Assembly: GCF_037042905.1 (NCBI RefSeq)
Contig: NC_087245.1
Span: forward strand, 29,824,001-29,888,000
Reading direction: 5' to 3'
DNA: 64,000 bases
Source: Lytechinus pictus
Lineage: Eukaryota
Part shown: positions 49,801 to 62,233 of the stretch, in pieces
How positions within the stretch are numbered: the first letter of the stretch is position 1
Layout of the letters: each line of letters begins with the position of its first letter
Made by a program: the position numbers and the translations under genes
The notes under the pieces: generated by a model
The model's input: only the letters and a program-made list of their open reading frames with translations
Told to the model about the DNA's origin: nothing
The model's database searches: none

Positions 49801-50672
49801 AACTGGAAGCTGAAGACGATGACCAAAGAGATAGCTCTTCATGAGAATGCTGCTGAGAGGGACTACATGGGCTTCTTGGAAGATTTGGAGGAAGATGATG
49901 ATTACAGGAAGAACGTCAATATTTATCTTGGTGAGAAATAAGTGTAGATTCACTCTTCTCCCTATTTTGTACATATGAGGTTTTGTCAATAATGGTGCAG
50001 TCGCATCCACAAAACCGACTCTCACCTTTTGTTGCATAATTATTCATCGTCATAATTATCATCAATATCATTATCATCATCATCATCAATATCATTATCA
50101 TGAACATCAATATCATCAACATCATTATCATCATCATTATCACAATTATCATTTATCTTTGTTATCATCATAATCATCAACATCACTATTGACATCGTCA
50201 CCACCATCATCATTGTCATCATCATCATCATCCCCCATCATCATCACCATCACTATTGTCATCATCACCATTATCTTCATCATCATCATCGTCATCATTC
50301 TTATCATAGCCATCATTCTTAGAATCCCTATCATCACTATTCTTATCAACACCATAGTGTCAGTGATATTACAATTATTATTGTTACTATCATCTTATTT
50401 CGTATTGGTATCGTATAGGAGATTCTGCCCAGGTATGGTAAAAATACTTGAAAATTTAGGGAAAAGAAAGTCATTAAGAAAAATTCCCATTTGCATTTGA
50501 TTAATTGACATCCATGTCTACTGTTACAGATCGCAGCAAGAACATTGCAGTGGAGAGCAGCGATGATGAGCCGACACCCCAGATTAGTCTTCAGGAAATG
50601 CTGGAAGACTTTCACATCGGAGACAATGAGGATGCTGCGCAAGCTGGAGATGAAGCAACAGGAATGGAGTGA
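22838..50672 (+). CDS. NMD3: 60S ribosomal export protein NMD3, 11 coding exons, 512 aa
   Basis: join(22838-22878,40484-40618,41272-41365,43293-43502,44269-44447,45680-45776,46318-46435,46887-47038,48031-48192,49723-49930,50530-50672) = 1539 nt in frame. Motifs ILCCQCGTPIQPNPANTCVACLR, VRLIDAGFVWTEPHSKRLKVKLTIQKEV, NLS RRHRKRNWKLK, NES ISLQEMLEDFHI. Confidence 0.96.
23212..24398. mobile_element. Interspersed element with a TAGAC terminus carrying a bidirectional promoter-like core; interrupted by the 9.9-kb element
   Basis: Homologous to 5360-5768, with homology ending at the same tagacagctggcagcc end. Superfamily and right boundary are uncertain. Confidence 0.55.
23484..23940. promoter_or_regulatory. 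Bidirectional promoter-like segment with divergent splice donors
   Basis: Minus donor (acttac 23484-89), ETS ACTTCCGG 23566, ATTGG/CCAAT 23594-23603, GC box GGGGCGGAG 23800, YY1-like AAGATGGC 23851, plus donor gtaag 23936. Confidence 0.55.
25470..25925. repeat. Tandem duplication, ~230 bp x2
   Basis: cattgaggacagatgaa...gaattttatttgaagtgaat occurs twice. Confidence 0.8.
27000..30220. repeat. Degenerate array punctuated by GCTCGCGCTTCGCGCTCGCA motifs, bounded by ggatcc-containing ends (probable non-autonomous DNA transposon)
   Basis: The motif recurs about every 100-130 bp (e.g. 28233, 28511, 28630, 28853, 29501, 29911, 30028). Nested MITEs at 27313-27480 (tatacctcggtcacattt TIR) and 29021-29376 (tgccaactcgtctac TIR). 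Confidence 0.65.
35695..36210 (+). mobile_element. 5'-truncated CR1/L2-group LINE (ORF2 C-terminus, 3' UTR, short-repeat tail)
   Basis: EYASPAWDPH...IEAIQRKAARF...SVTTMLRALEWDSLEDRR...YSFFPRTTKDWNEL; (caaga)3 tail; gatgag TSD at 35689-94 and 36211-16. Confidence 0.88.
36307..36977. mobile_element. MITE with ~31-bp TIR
   Basis: caggataaccactggcacggcacttgcaata / tattgtaagtgccgtgccagtggttatcctg. Confidence 0.75.
38791..39665. mobile_element. MITE (agggcaattcca TIR) hosting a nested element
   Basis: tatagggcaattcca / tggaattgccctata; 2-bp AT or TA TSD (ambiguous). Confidence 0.7.
38969..39632. mobile_element. MULE/MuDR-type non-autonomous element with 9-bp TSD
   Basis: TIR ccgggg..gtcactctccacatgg / ccatgtggagagtgacccccccgg; TSD gggtcggac on both sides; internal ccctaaacggcgt repeats. 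Confidence 0.8.
40484..40618 (+). CDS. NMD3: NMD3 exon 2
   Basis: LCCQCGTPIQPNPANTCVACLRTQVDITEGIPKQ...FCKGCER. Confidence 0.95.
41272..41365 (+). CDS. NMD3: NMD3 exon 3
   Basis: YLQPPAQWVPCALESRELLSLCLKKLKGLAK. Confidence 0.95.
41592..42580 (+). mobile_element. HINE-like element, copy 2 (NMD3 intron 3)
   Basis: Near-identical to 12550-13503, with a longer (GGC)n. Confidence 0.85.
42665..42880 (-). mobile_element. 5'-truncated SINE
   Basis: caggtacacattcacctctcctgggttgag core-like motif and tatagcgc...atgcgctt tail typical of invertebrate tRNA SINEs in reverse orientation. Confidence 0.5.
43293..43502 (+). CDS. NMD3: NMD3 exon 4
   Basis: VRLIDAGFVWTEPHSKR...CNDCHRVEAKDFWRAVVQVRQK. Confidence 0.95.
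43737..44172 (+). mobile_element. Second HINE-like family (GTCC microsatellite, two ~150-bp units)
   Basis: T-rich ends, gtccgtccgt, aggtcaaaggtca units, 3' hairpin followed by cttgtt. Confidence 0.65.
44269..44447 (+). CDS. NMD3: NMD3 exon 5
   Basis: TNHKKTFFYLEQLILKH...ARKMVDFLISVVPC; donor gtcagt. Confidence 0.93.
45680..45776 (+). CDS. NMD3: NMD3 exon 6
   Basis: YKLSQQLISHDIHNNTYNYKYTFSVEIVPICK. Confidence 0.95.
45831..46097 (-). mobile_element. tRNA-derived SINE
   Basis: The minus-strand head has an A box (tggtccagtgg), a ctcataa loop and a B box (gttcaaatc), followed by a non-tRNA body and a short-repeat tail. Confidence 0.75.
46318..46435 (+). CDS. NMD3: NMD3 exon 7
   Basis: DNVVCLPKKLAASLGNIGQICVC...LIDPNTLQ. 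Confidence 0.95.
46887..47038 (+). CDS. NMD3: NMD3 exon 8
   Basis: VELNATTFWRNPFSTLCDPHQLTEYMV...AKSKK. Confidence 0.93.
47040..47810. repeat. (GGT/GAT)n low-complexity microsatellite
   Basis: Directly visible. Confidence 0.9.
48031..48192 (+). CDS. NMD3: NMD3 exon 9
   Basis: HLLADVW...YHCRTHLGHLLSAGDTVKGLDLVNSNVN. Confidence 0.95.
48470..49370 (-). mobile_element. Possible old, degenerate LINE fragment
   Basis: Coding-like composition, with fragments loosely resembling the RTE endonuclease-linker region; no open frame. Confidence 0.3.
49723..49930 (+). CDS. NMD3: NMD3 exon 10
   Basis: VPDVVLVKK...RNWKLK...FLEDLEEDDDYRKNVNIY. Confidence 0.95.
50040..50350. repeat. (CAT)n microsatellite
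   Basis: Directly visible. Confidence 0.9.
50530..50672 (+). CDS. NMD3: NMD3 exon 11 (terminal)
   Basis: PQISLQEMLEDFHI NES, then TGA. Confidence 0.93.
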
Positions 50673-51151
50673 TACATTAGAGACGCATCAGTTGCAGAAT
50701 TTCTTCTCTTAAATGAAAATTATGAAATCTTTCGTTAAAAACTGATTCATTTAAAGTTAGAGAACTGGGTATTGATGACATTTAAAAATGCTCATAATTT
50801 CAACCCACTGTTACATGCTAGTAGGTCTGTGGGACTGTGAGTACTTGATGATTGCAGATTGTCAGCAAATTTAGGAGAATACCAAAATAGCAGAAAGAAA
50901 GAACGAAAAGATCAAATTTGTATAAGGGGAAAATACACACAATAGCACCTAAATTACATTTTCTGGCTCTAAAACAGGTTCCGTGACATTTCCTCTAGTG
51001 ACAGTTGCTCCGATGGGAAATCTGCATGTTAAGCCAAACTTAATGATTGACCTCCAAAACTAAATAAACCCTAGTCCTTATCCTTACATCATTCTGAATC
51101 AATAACTTTATTACAATCGTAACTCTAACCCTATGCCCTCTGAGATATTAA

Positions 51152-51748
51152 AGGACAAGTCCACCCCAACAAAATGTCGATTTGAATAAAAGGAGGAAAA
51201 TCCAACGAGCATAACACTGAAAATTTCATCAAAATCGGATGTAAAATAAGAAAGTTATGACATTTTTAAGTTTCGCTTAATTTCACATAATAGTTATATG
51301 CACATCCCAGTCGGTATGCAAATGAGGGAACTGATGACATCACTCACTCACTTTTTCTTTTGTATTTTATTATATGAAATATGATATATTCTAAGTTTCT
51401 CCTCATTGTCCTGTGATACAAAGTTTTATTTCTCCCTGAACATATGGAATTACCATTGTTTAACATTATATGGTTCAGTCAACTAGGTCCTTATTGTCAA
51501 TTCTGTAAAAATTGAAATATTGTATAATTCAAACAATAAAAAACAAAAGAAATAGTGAGGGACATCATCGATTCTCTCATTTGCATGTGACTAAATTGTG
51601 CATATAACTCTTGAGAAAAATAAGCGAAACTTTAAAATGTTATAACTTTCTTATTTTACATCCGACTCTGATGAAATTTTCAGCATTATGCTTGTCTGAT
51701 TTTTCTCTGTTGATTCAAATCAACATTTTTATGAGGTGGACTTGACCT
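51152..51748 (+). mobile_element. TTAA-type (Kolobok-like) MITE family B, copy 1
   Basis: ttaa|aggacaagtccacc...ggtggacttgacct|ttaa with long imperfect TIRs. Confidence 0.85.
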
Positions 51749-52156
51749 TTAAGACCGGAGCACATGTCTTGTCACCTTATAACATACAAGATGAGGTAAA
51801 CAAATTGATGACAAGATGTCTGTTTAAGGTGTGAAAGATGGTTGTGAAACATCAGTGGAAACGGTTGCTAGTTCATTGTAGGGTCCATCCTGAACACCTT
51901 CGTTGAGAGGATTTATTTGATTGGAATGGGTGAAATCCCCATTTGATGAAAAGTATTTTTAAAGTGATTTTCCTTTTCTTTTTTTGATAGAGCCACAAAG
52001 TAATGAAGAAAAGTTGTAAAAAGTGAGATCTCTTGGGTACTTCAATCTCATATAGTTCATAGAAAACCACAATTTATCAAAACAACAATCCTCTGTATCT
52101 AGATGTATGTGTATTGATATTAAGGACAACCTCTATTCCTCATGTCCTAAATTAAC

Positions 52157-53043
52157 AACAAGTGGAATGCCTCTGGCCGTCTCACCTGCATCACGCGATT
52201 CAATATAGCAGCAGTGCTGATTTTGAAAACTACTATAACTCGCACAAGATGTTCAGTGATACTTGGTTACTCTTATTTCCACGTTTTATGAACTAGACCA
52301 ATACACTTATAGAGATATGATGGCAATTCAACAAATACCCCCAACGTGGCCAAAGTTCTTTGACCTTACATGACCTTTGACCTTGATCATGTGACCTGAA
52401 ACTCGCACAGGATGTTCAGTGATACTTGATTACTATTATGTCCAAGTTTTATGAACTAGACCAACACACTTTCAAATTTATGGCTGTAATTCAACAAATA
52501 CCCCAATTTGGCCAAAGTTCATTGACCCTAAATGACCTTTGACCTTGATCATGTGACCTGAAACTTGCACAGGATGTTCAGTAATACTTGATTACTATTA
52601 TGTCCAAGTTTCATGAATCAGATCCATAAACTTTCAAAGTTATGATGGTAATTCAACAGATACCCCCAATTCGGCCAAAGTTCATTGACCCTAAATGACC
52701 TTTGACCTTGGTCATGTGACGTGAAACTCATGCAGGATGTTCAGTGATACTTGATTAACCTTATGTATAAGTTTCATGAACTAGGTCCATATATTTTCTA
52801 AGTTATGATGACATTTCAAAAACTTAACCTTAGGTTAAGATTTTGATGTTGATTCCCCCAACATGGTCTAAGTTCATTGACCCTAAATGACCTTTGACCT
52901 TGGTCATGTGACATGAAACTCAGGCAGGATGTTCAGTAATACTTGATTAATCTTATGGCCAAGTTTCATGAACTAGGTCCATATATTTTCTAAGTTATGC
53001 TGTCATTTCAAAAACTTAACCTTAGGTTAAGATTTGGTGTTGA

Positions 53044-53082
<39 letters not shown>

Positions 53083-53138
53083 CGCCGTCGGAAAAGCGGC
53101 GCCTATAGTCTCACTCTGCTATGCAGGTGAGACAAAAA
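52157..53138 (-). mobile_element. HINE-like element, copy 3
   Basis: Reverse complement of 41592-42580, near-identical. Confidence 0.85.
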
Positions 53139-54599
53139 CTAGTTTGTTGATTTCTTCTTTATCCAACACTAAATGTATAGGACGGACATGAATATGTAAT
53201 ATTTCCAGTAATAATATGAGCATGCATTAATATTTTTCTTAGGCCTATTTTATAGGATTGTATGCTCATCACTGTAATAGTATTAATGCTTCTGTAATTT
53301 GATCTCATTTGACAAAACAAAATATTAAGGAATGTTCCTATTATATTAGTTTATTTTGAAATCTATTAAATCAAATCGGTTATTTCATTTTAGCTTGTAT
53401 ATTCTATCAAGGTGTTTTAGTTTTGAAGAATCAAGACTTGTGAAGCATGTATGTTTTAGTTGTAGAGAATCAAAAGTTGAATGTTAGGGGCAAAGAGAAT
53501 TTGTTTGGAGAAAGATACAAAGTTGAGAGAAAGGAAGAAATGGCTAGAACTGGAGAGAAAACAGGAAAAATAAGAGAGGGGGAGGGGATGAGAAACAGGA
53601 GGAAAGGAAGAAAGTATGAGATGAATAGAAATGATGATTGAAAGAGGGAGAGATGGAAAAGGAGAGATTAAGTAAAACTTAAATTGGCTGGACAGACTGG
53701 AACTTGTCATCAAAATCAGAATCTTTATCATCAGCACAACCACCACCACCGTTATCGTTGTCTTTAAAATCTTTATCATCATCATCATCACTAATACCTC
53801 CATCACCATGATCATGATCATCATCCCCATAAAACAGAGAAATAATACAATGTGATCACAAGTTTTTGATCCTCAGCATATTTGAAAACTTTTATTCTCA
53901 TTTCTTTGGCAGGAAAAGTGGTAAAATACAACAAAAAACAAAAGAACATGGAGAGAATGATAAAGTCTGGCATTGTATTGTCCACACAAATCAATGTTTG
54001 GATAAAAACACGCTGAAAAAAAATCTTAAAAATCAATGACCAAGATGATAGTCTAATGGATAATGGGAAAAAGTTCATGCATGAATTACTGGATGCATTT
54101 ACACACTTCAAAATATATTCTCTGAAAAACATTTAATACATTTTATTTATTTTCAGGAAAAATGAAAAAAAAAATCCTATCTTGGACAGAATGTTCAACA
54201 GTACAATGGGGCATATTTAAAAAAAATAAGTTTCTTCATGCCCCCAAATCGAATGACCCTCTGGACTAAATACTGATATATGTAGACACTCTTACATATT
54301 GCTTTATTGTGGACTTGGGGTGAATTTCCATGTGTTAATTTGAATTTTTAATATAAATATATGAAGACTGGATAAAAAAAAATAACATTGAATGCAAGAA
54401 GGCGGCATCTTGCAGCACATGTTTTCTCACCCATAATCCCTAATACTTCATATGATAGTAATAGCTTATATTTCCTTCAATACATAAATGATGCATGGTG
54501 TATGAAAATATAAATTTGGGTAGGATCTTTAATATTCAAGGGGGAAACGATTATCATTAATTGAATAACTTTGTTCTCAAATTTTTGGTAAATCTAACC

Positions 54600-54873
54600 G
54601 CCCTTTCACACAGGAAAAAAAATTGTAATTTGACTGATGATTCCAGTGAAAAATAAGGCTAATGACAAATTTTTAGCACATGTGAAACCAAACTAGAATC
54701 ATGAATGCTAATCACAATCATGAATTCAAATTCTACTACGGAGGTGAACTGAATTCCAGTTAAGGTTTCACTAAAATTACGGTACAAATTTTCCGTGTGA
54801 AAGGTCCGATGATTCTAAAGATGAATTGCAATCACCATTACAATGATGATTCAATATTCATGTGTGAAAAGGC
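54600..54873. mobile_element. MITE
   Basis: gccctttcacaca / tgtgtgaaaaggcc. Confidence 0.5.
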
Positions 54874-55721
54874 CCTTTGTCGGTAACGACCAATATAGAC
54901 AGATTTCATATTTACATAGCCTATATTAATCACAATGAAACATGCATCAAATGCACCTAAATATGACAACTATGTATCTAATCCTCCGAATATCAAACAG
55001 AAGTAGATAGCTCCCCCATATTTTTATACTGCCTCCTTTCATTTCAAAATGACTTTCACTTGTTATTTACATTTCTGAATATTTTATCTTTAATAGATAC
55101 ATGCAGTACATGAAAATTATTTCTCTTGATGAAATCATGAACATTTCCTGTACAATATACATCAATTACAATTAAATAGTGCAAATGTTTTATGTTGCTG
55201 ATACACACATGTTATTTACTTATTTCTATGGGGGACAAATCCTAAATATTCCCTGAATATTTCCCTTGGGTCGGTTGTAAATATGGCTTAAATATGGCTA
55301 CCATCTCAGTAGAAATATATAATTCTAATGTTAGTGTACTCGCGTTTAATGTTTTTACTGTATTTTTTTATATATTGTATATTTTAAGCTAAGAATAAGG
55401 AATACATTGTCGATTTTGTATTGCAAATAAAGAGTCAAAATTATATTTTGTTAATTCTATTTGTTAAGAGGGGAAAGGCAAGTCATAATTTTGATATGAG
55501 ATTATTAGTAACTCTCAAGATAACAATACTGAATCAATTAATCACTGGCAGTATCATTGGTCAAAATCCCTGATCCGTGATTCTCTCGGAAGATAATACT
55601 ATTATGTTATTCACATATAACAAAATTTATGTTAAAAAAGCTCTAAAACATGGTTAGTTTCAAATGAAAATATGAAAACTTGATCTCTGAGAATGATAAA
55701 TGTCATGATAGGCACTATTAA

Positions 55722-56305
55722 AGGTCAAGTCCACCTCAGAAAAATGTTGATATAAATCAATAGAGAAAAATTAAACAAGCATAATGCTGAAAATTTCATC
55801 AAAATTGGATGTAAAATAAGGTTATGACAATTTAAAGTTCCACTTATGTCTTTACAAAATAGTTATATGCACAATTTAGTTGCATGCAAATGAGAAAATC
55901 AATGATGTCCCTCACTATTTCTTATGTTTTTGATTTTTTGAATTATACAATATTTCCATTTTTACAGATGTGACATTAAGGACCAACTTGACTGAACCAT
56001 AACATATTAAACAATGGTAATTCCACATGTTCTGGCACAAATAAAACTTTGTTTCACAGGATGATGAGGAGAAAAATAGAATATTTCATATCATAAAATA
56101 CAAAAGAAATAGTGAGTGATGTCATCAGTTCCCTTATTTTGCATACCGACCAGGATGTACATATTTTATAACTATTTTGTGAAATTAAGCGAAACTTAAA
56201 ATGTTACAACTTTCTTATCCAATTTTGATGAAATTTTCAGTGTTATGCTTGTTAGATTTTTCTCTTTTAATTCTAATAAACTTTTTGTTGGGGTGGACTT
56301 GTCCT
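55722..56305 (-). mobile_element. TTAA-type MITE family B, copy 2 (inverted)
   Basis: Reverse complement of 51152-51748. Confidence 0.85.
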
Positions 56306-56794
56306 TTAGCATCTATAACATGAGGTACTACTCTAGTATACCCCAAAATAAAATAGATAAACTATTATAATGATTATGTCATCGGCTTTATGGTACAAAA
56401 GATATTACAATTGGGTTTCAACCCATGTATATTTTTCAAAAAATAGAATCATTTTACATCGTATATATATTTCACCTCACCTAGAACATTGAACGTTTTC
56501 AAATAAAACTCTAAAATATTGTGCAACAAGTATTTTATTCCATGATTTTCTCAACACAAGTCTTCTTATTGTTAAATGGTGATTCATTATTAAACAAAGT
56601 TCTCATAATTATATGTACAAAATACTGTTTTTATCCACAATTTGGATTTCTTGCATCTCCATATCAAAGATGATATATCTGGCTTTGAAATAAATAGACT
56701 CTATGAATTTGATTCACATCCAAATTTCTTTTTATAAAAATACTGATTAGCAATATAACTAGCTCTATTTCTTTAAGTAAAACTAGTACATGCA

Positions 56795-56958
56795 GGTGTT
56801 TCATAAAGCTGTTCATAAGTTAAGAGCGACTTCACGAACGACTGGTGATCCTTTCTTAAGCACTAAATCAATATCAATGGATGGTGTATATCATTCAACA
56901 CAAGAAAGGATCACCAGTCAGTCGCTCGTAAATTACCAACATCTTTATGAATTGCCCA
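56795..56958. mobile_element. Short palindromic MITE
   Basis: gactggtgatcctttctt / aagaaaggatcaccagtc, with ttcataaag / ctttatgaa near the ends. Confidence 0.6.
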
Positions 56959-58554
56959 TCCGGTTGCCAATTTGAAACCCCAATCCCATCAAAACAGAGA
57001 TTTGGGTCAGCTTAAATGATCCTCTGGCTTGTCAAAACCTGTTCAACCCAAGTCTTTCACTCGGCCAAGATGGCAGGCCAAAGCTTTTTTGGAGCAGGCA
57101 AAAGCACCAGGCGTAACCACGAACACAGGCAAGCGTACAAGCTTTAGATTTGAGCTGGCTTCCTCGCCGGAACCAACACTGCCTGGCACAAATATTTAGA
57201 CAACCTAAGTGGTTTCACATCAACATTTTGGCAAACCAGAAAGATATTTTAGGAAAGGGGCAGGGATGTGCTGCTGGAGGCCGGAATTTCTGAATCACGT
57301 ACTGGAGGAAACCTCCCATAGACTTTTTACATGTGACTCGGCCTAAAGCTAGGGCCAAGGCCGGCAAAATGTGACCTTGAGACATGCCTCAACTACATCC
57401 CTAGAAAGAGGTACTTGCTTTCCAGGGCAATTGCTATAGATCACTTTAATATACCCACTATTTTTTTACTGAACACGGCCCCAAAACACCTTTTGCACCT
57501 TCAGAAAAGTTTCATTTGAACATAGTTTCACAAAATTGGTCTCTGAATATACAGTACTTCAGCAACATCTTGATAAATTAATGGTTCGCACAACCATGTG
57601 GAATGCAGAATGTTCAATCTTTGGATAACTACCCACATGATCTGTTTGATAATACATCAATATCACATCGCTTTTAAAAGAACTACAAACAAATACGAGC
57701 AATCTATTCACAATCACATGACATGTTTTCATATACATGCATATACAATTTCCAATTTTTTTACTCAATATCATAAAAGAGAAAAACTTTCTATAGAAAA
57801 CAGAAAGATATTAGAAACATAATTTCCACAAGTCTTCTTTAGAGCCCATACTCTGACATCCTTTTTTCTTAATTTTTTATAGGAGAATGTGTAAATAAGA
57901 TTACACACCTTATATATGTTTTAAATCTATGATAATAATAATAAAGTAATATTTTACCCCATTTTGTTGTTGTTCTGCAAAAAGACAGATCAGGAAGTAA
58001 GGCACTACAGTCCATGTTTATTCCAAGTTTAAAGAACTAAAATAATTGCAAAATCATCTGCTGAAGCTCTTATTTGTCCAAAAGCCAACTTGTGGTAGAG
58101 CATGCCCTCTACTGCCAACACTTTCTGTGAGGTAACTCAAATAATAGGGTCACTCAGATCGGGCAAAGAAAATCTTTGGGTGGTATATCTGCCACAAATA
58201 GTTCAAAAATCTATGGGGCCCTCATAGCAATCAATAGCACAATGATAGAAAAAGAATGTTACTGTTTAAAGTGAAAATCAACTCTATAACTGCCATTAAA
58301 AAACATATATTCACTATATTTTACACAGACAACACACACACACACACACAAATCAATGCCCCAATAGGGGTCTGCACTAAAGCACCATACAGTGCACAAC
58401 ATGGCATTTCTACAAGTATATCTTTAGCATATATGATATTGCAACAAAACACAGGTTCCTTTTCCAGTTTCACTCGGAGAAAGAGCTCTGTGGGTATGTT
58501 GGGTCGTGCCTGGCAGCGCGACGACGTCTTGGTTGGGTTTTATGTATGGTTAAT

Positions 58555-58883
58555 CTACGTCATGGAGGTGATGGAGGAGGTGTGGTGTGACGCCTCCAGG
58601 CTCTGGGTGTGGCCGCTCGCTGACCCTCCGACCGATGTCTCCTGGTGATGCATGATGGGAGAAAGGTTGGAATGGGATGCATCTAATCCTGGGCTGGTAG
58701 GACTCATAGGAGGGGACGTCGCATCGCTCTCGTGGGACATGGAGCGATGGTGAAGGAGCTGGGAGAATTTGGAATGGGATGCCCCTTGGCGGGGGCTACC
58801 AGGAGCCCCTATCTCCCCTTCCTGGGGCATGGAGCGGGGGTGGATCAGCTGGTAGAGCTTGGCAAATGTGTTAACACCAGACT
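58555..58883 (-). CDS. Terminal coding exon of an unidentified minus-strand gene (Ser/His/Pro-rich C-terminus)
   Basis: Strong polypyrimidine tract and cag acceptor (58884-58915); GC-rich open frame SGVNTFAKLYQLIHPRSMPQEGE...SSITSMT*; long AT-rich UTR-like sequence downstream. Confidence 0.7.
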
Positions 58884-60213
58884 CTGTATAAAGAGAAAAA
58901 AAAGAAAGAAAGGGTAAACATCAACTTCAAAGAATAACTGTACACAGTACACTGCATTAAATGATTATAGGGTACATAATAACAATGAAGAGAAAAAGAA
59001 TTGTGAAACACAGGAAAACTTGATGTAAAAAGAGAGCATCAAAACTAAGGAACAAAATATGAAACCAAACCTCTTGTAAAAAGATCAAAGGTGGAAACAA
59101 ATGTAAGCAGAGGAGTTATAGAAAATAGAAGAAATATCAAAGTACAAGTAATAGAGAAGAAATAAGAAAGGGGAAAGAGAAAGAGAGAGTGATATAGGAG
59201 ATCTATGTAGATAAAGTAGGATATTTTTTCTAATGCTAAATTAAAACCATGTAATGTAATTTCTCAATTTCATTACAATGAATTTAAGATTGAATTATTT
59301 CCATCAAATTCAATTTACAACATACTATACAAATCAATGCCAATAGCCATCTATCCGCACCCTGAACTTTGGATGCTATGGTTTCTATCCCTATTCCTTT
59401 AATGTGCATCACTTCAAAATTATCATGAATGCATTTTAATTTCAAAGCAGTTATGATGACATAAATCTTTGAAAACTGTTACCTTTGTAAATATTGCAAC
59501 CCAAATTCATGCCTACAATGTACATGTATATGTTCAATGTTCTTGTTCACATCAAATGTCAGTTTCACATCAAATGTCAGTTTCACATAGATTATTAGTT
59601 ACTGTCACTTTACCTGTTCACATTAGAAAATGTACACAAATACACAGACACTCTAATATCAAATAATGTATCTTAAATCTGGAAAATTGACAATATATTT
59701 TTGTAAAGATTATACACTACATGTATGCATATAGCCTGAAGAAAAATGTGTAATCTAGGTGTTGTAATTGAAGGATGGTTCATGCAGATATTGAGAAAAT
59801 GTAAATAAAATTTTCCAAAAACTACCTATATCAAACATGTTAAATAATTTCAACAATTTTTTCTATCAATTCAACAATAAGAGAGCATTCTAAAAACTTC
59901 TTCACAGTATAAATTTGGTACAGGTTCAATAATGTAAATTTTAAAGTATTACTCTTTGTTCTTCGTTCTAATGATCAATCTTGCCAAACAATTGTATCAA
60001 CTCTAATGTAACTTTATACTAATATCTATAGTCTTTATTTTAGAAAATCACTCTCACTTTTGTATCAGCCTTTTTCAATAATTGTTTTCACTTTTCTAAT
60101 ATACATGTACATGAACATGTACACCGTAGGCCAACTGAACACTAATCTTAAACATCAAAAGTTTTAGTGATATATCAAGACTGACCTTGAAATCATAGGG
60201 ATATTAATATATA

Positions 60214-61032
60214 CAGTGCGTCCCAGAAAAAACGAAACCGAGATTTAGCGATGATTTATCATAACTTAATCACAAATACAATAGACAAATGACCTACCAA
60301 TGTAAAGCTTAGAATCTCCTCTTTCATCTGATATTACTTAAATTATTCCTCATTCACGCATGAGCGAGCAAAAACAATTTGAAGAAAGGATACCAAAAAC
60401 TCATTTGGCGGGGGGTATCTGAATTTCAAAAAGAAAATCACATTTCTTAAAAGTTCAATATCTGCTCTTAAATTTGATACCTCAATTACAGAAAATGGTC
60501 AAGAAATAACAAAGTTCTGGTTATTTGAAATAAGGCTTGAATTTCCATAATTTCATTAAATAAACTGTTTTCACCAGTTTCCCACAGAAGCTATCGCATG
60601 GTTAACAAAAAACTTAATGCATGGCTGATCGTAAACAAAACGGAGTGTCGAGTGAGTTTGAACGCTAGCCTGTAAAACCGCTTAATTTTATGAAATTATT
60701 GAAATTCAAGCCTTTTTTCAAATAACCAGAACTTTGTTATTTCTTGACCATTTTCTGTAATTGAGGTATCAAATTAAAGAGCAGATATTGAACTTTTTAA
60801 AAATGTGGTTTTCATTTAGAAAGCCAGATACAACCCGCCAAATGACTTTTTGGTATCCCCTCTTCAAATTGTTTTTGCTCACTCAAGCGTGAAGGAGAAA
60901 TAATCTAAGTAATATCAAATGAAAGAGGAGATTCTTAGCTTTCCATTGGTAGGTCATTTGTCTATTTTATTTGTGATTAAAATATGATAAATCATCGCTA
61001 AATCTCGGTTTCTTTTTTTCTGGGACGCACTG
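60214..61032. mobile_element. Tc1/mariner-type fold-back MITE with ~340-bp TIRs
   Basis: TA|cagtgcgtcccagaaaaaa...ttttttctgggacgcactg|TA; the arms are complementary for most of their length. Confidence 0.9.
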
Positions 61033-61758
61033 TATAGTGTATCTTAATGCTGAAATTCTACTTCATATTTCATACAGGGACCTAACTCCTTTTTAATTCA
61101 CAATTTTATACATACTGTATAATGTTAGATTTTATATTGTATATTTCACACAACAAATGTTTCATGATAAGAAAGAATATATTCTTTTACTTTATAATCT
61201 TTCATTTTACCTGTCAACAAATTTAAATTGTGAAATCTAATCATCTTTTAAAGTCAGAAATTGAGGACTTTAAAAGTTATCCTCACATACAATGAAGTTT
61301 GTATAGTGTGAATGAAGCAAATACTACGTGCAGGGTTGCACACATATCTGACTCAATCAACTTCGTAATGGGATATTGCGCAAATATGCTAGACAGAGTT
61401 TGAATACTTCCATTTCATAACAAGCAAAACTTAACTTTTTCCATTTGGGACCTGGACTGAACAATAGAATGAGTCATATTTAGATTTCTATAATGGTGCC
61501 TAACTGCCCATTAATATGTCCATGATTAATAGATCAATGGTTTGATGATACTTAGATCTTGAAAAATCTGTTTCCAGCACAATCCATGTAATCATAAAAT
61601 AAGGGCTTTGATGGGGTAGGATTTGGATTGGAACACAAAAGTACCACCTTTACTCTTAAAATGGTATTCTTTTCTTTTCCCGGCAGAAAGGACAAACTAC
61701 TGTGACAGTTTTGCACAGATGCACAGATGCAAGAGAAAAAAAAATGATCTCACAAATT

Positions 61759-62233
61759 AGGTGGTTTCAAACCGCCTCGATCACAAGAATCCCCGTTAAA
61801 TTACGAGAACATTTTTAGGCTAAAAAATACCCATTAATTATTCCTGCATTCAGACCGCCCCGAAACATACACTTCGGGATAAATTCCTGAAGTTAGGAGC
61901 ATGCGCAGTATGGTCTAATAAGCAGGCAAGGCGCGAGATTCAAAACTACTAGCCCAGCAGCCACCCACGGCGCCGCACCCAACGACACGCTGGGCAAAAA
62001 GTTCCCGTAATTTGCTTTCACATCGCCAAAATACCTGCGACCTTGGAAAAATCCCCGCGAAAGTTCTCGTAATTTCGCCAAGTACCTACTATTTAGCGGG
62101 TATTTTCTTTCGGGGAAATTACGCGTAGTTTGCTTTCACATTACCAAAATACCTGGTATTTTCTGATCGGGGTAAATTTCCCGATCAGAGAATACCTGGA
62201 ACGGACGAACTTCGAGGCGGTCTGAAACCACCT
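61759..62233 (+). mobile_element. PIF/Harbinger-type MITE, copy 1
   Basis: TIR aggtggtttcaaaccgcctcga; 3-bp TSD att. Confidence 0.85.
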
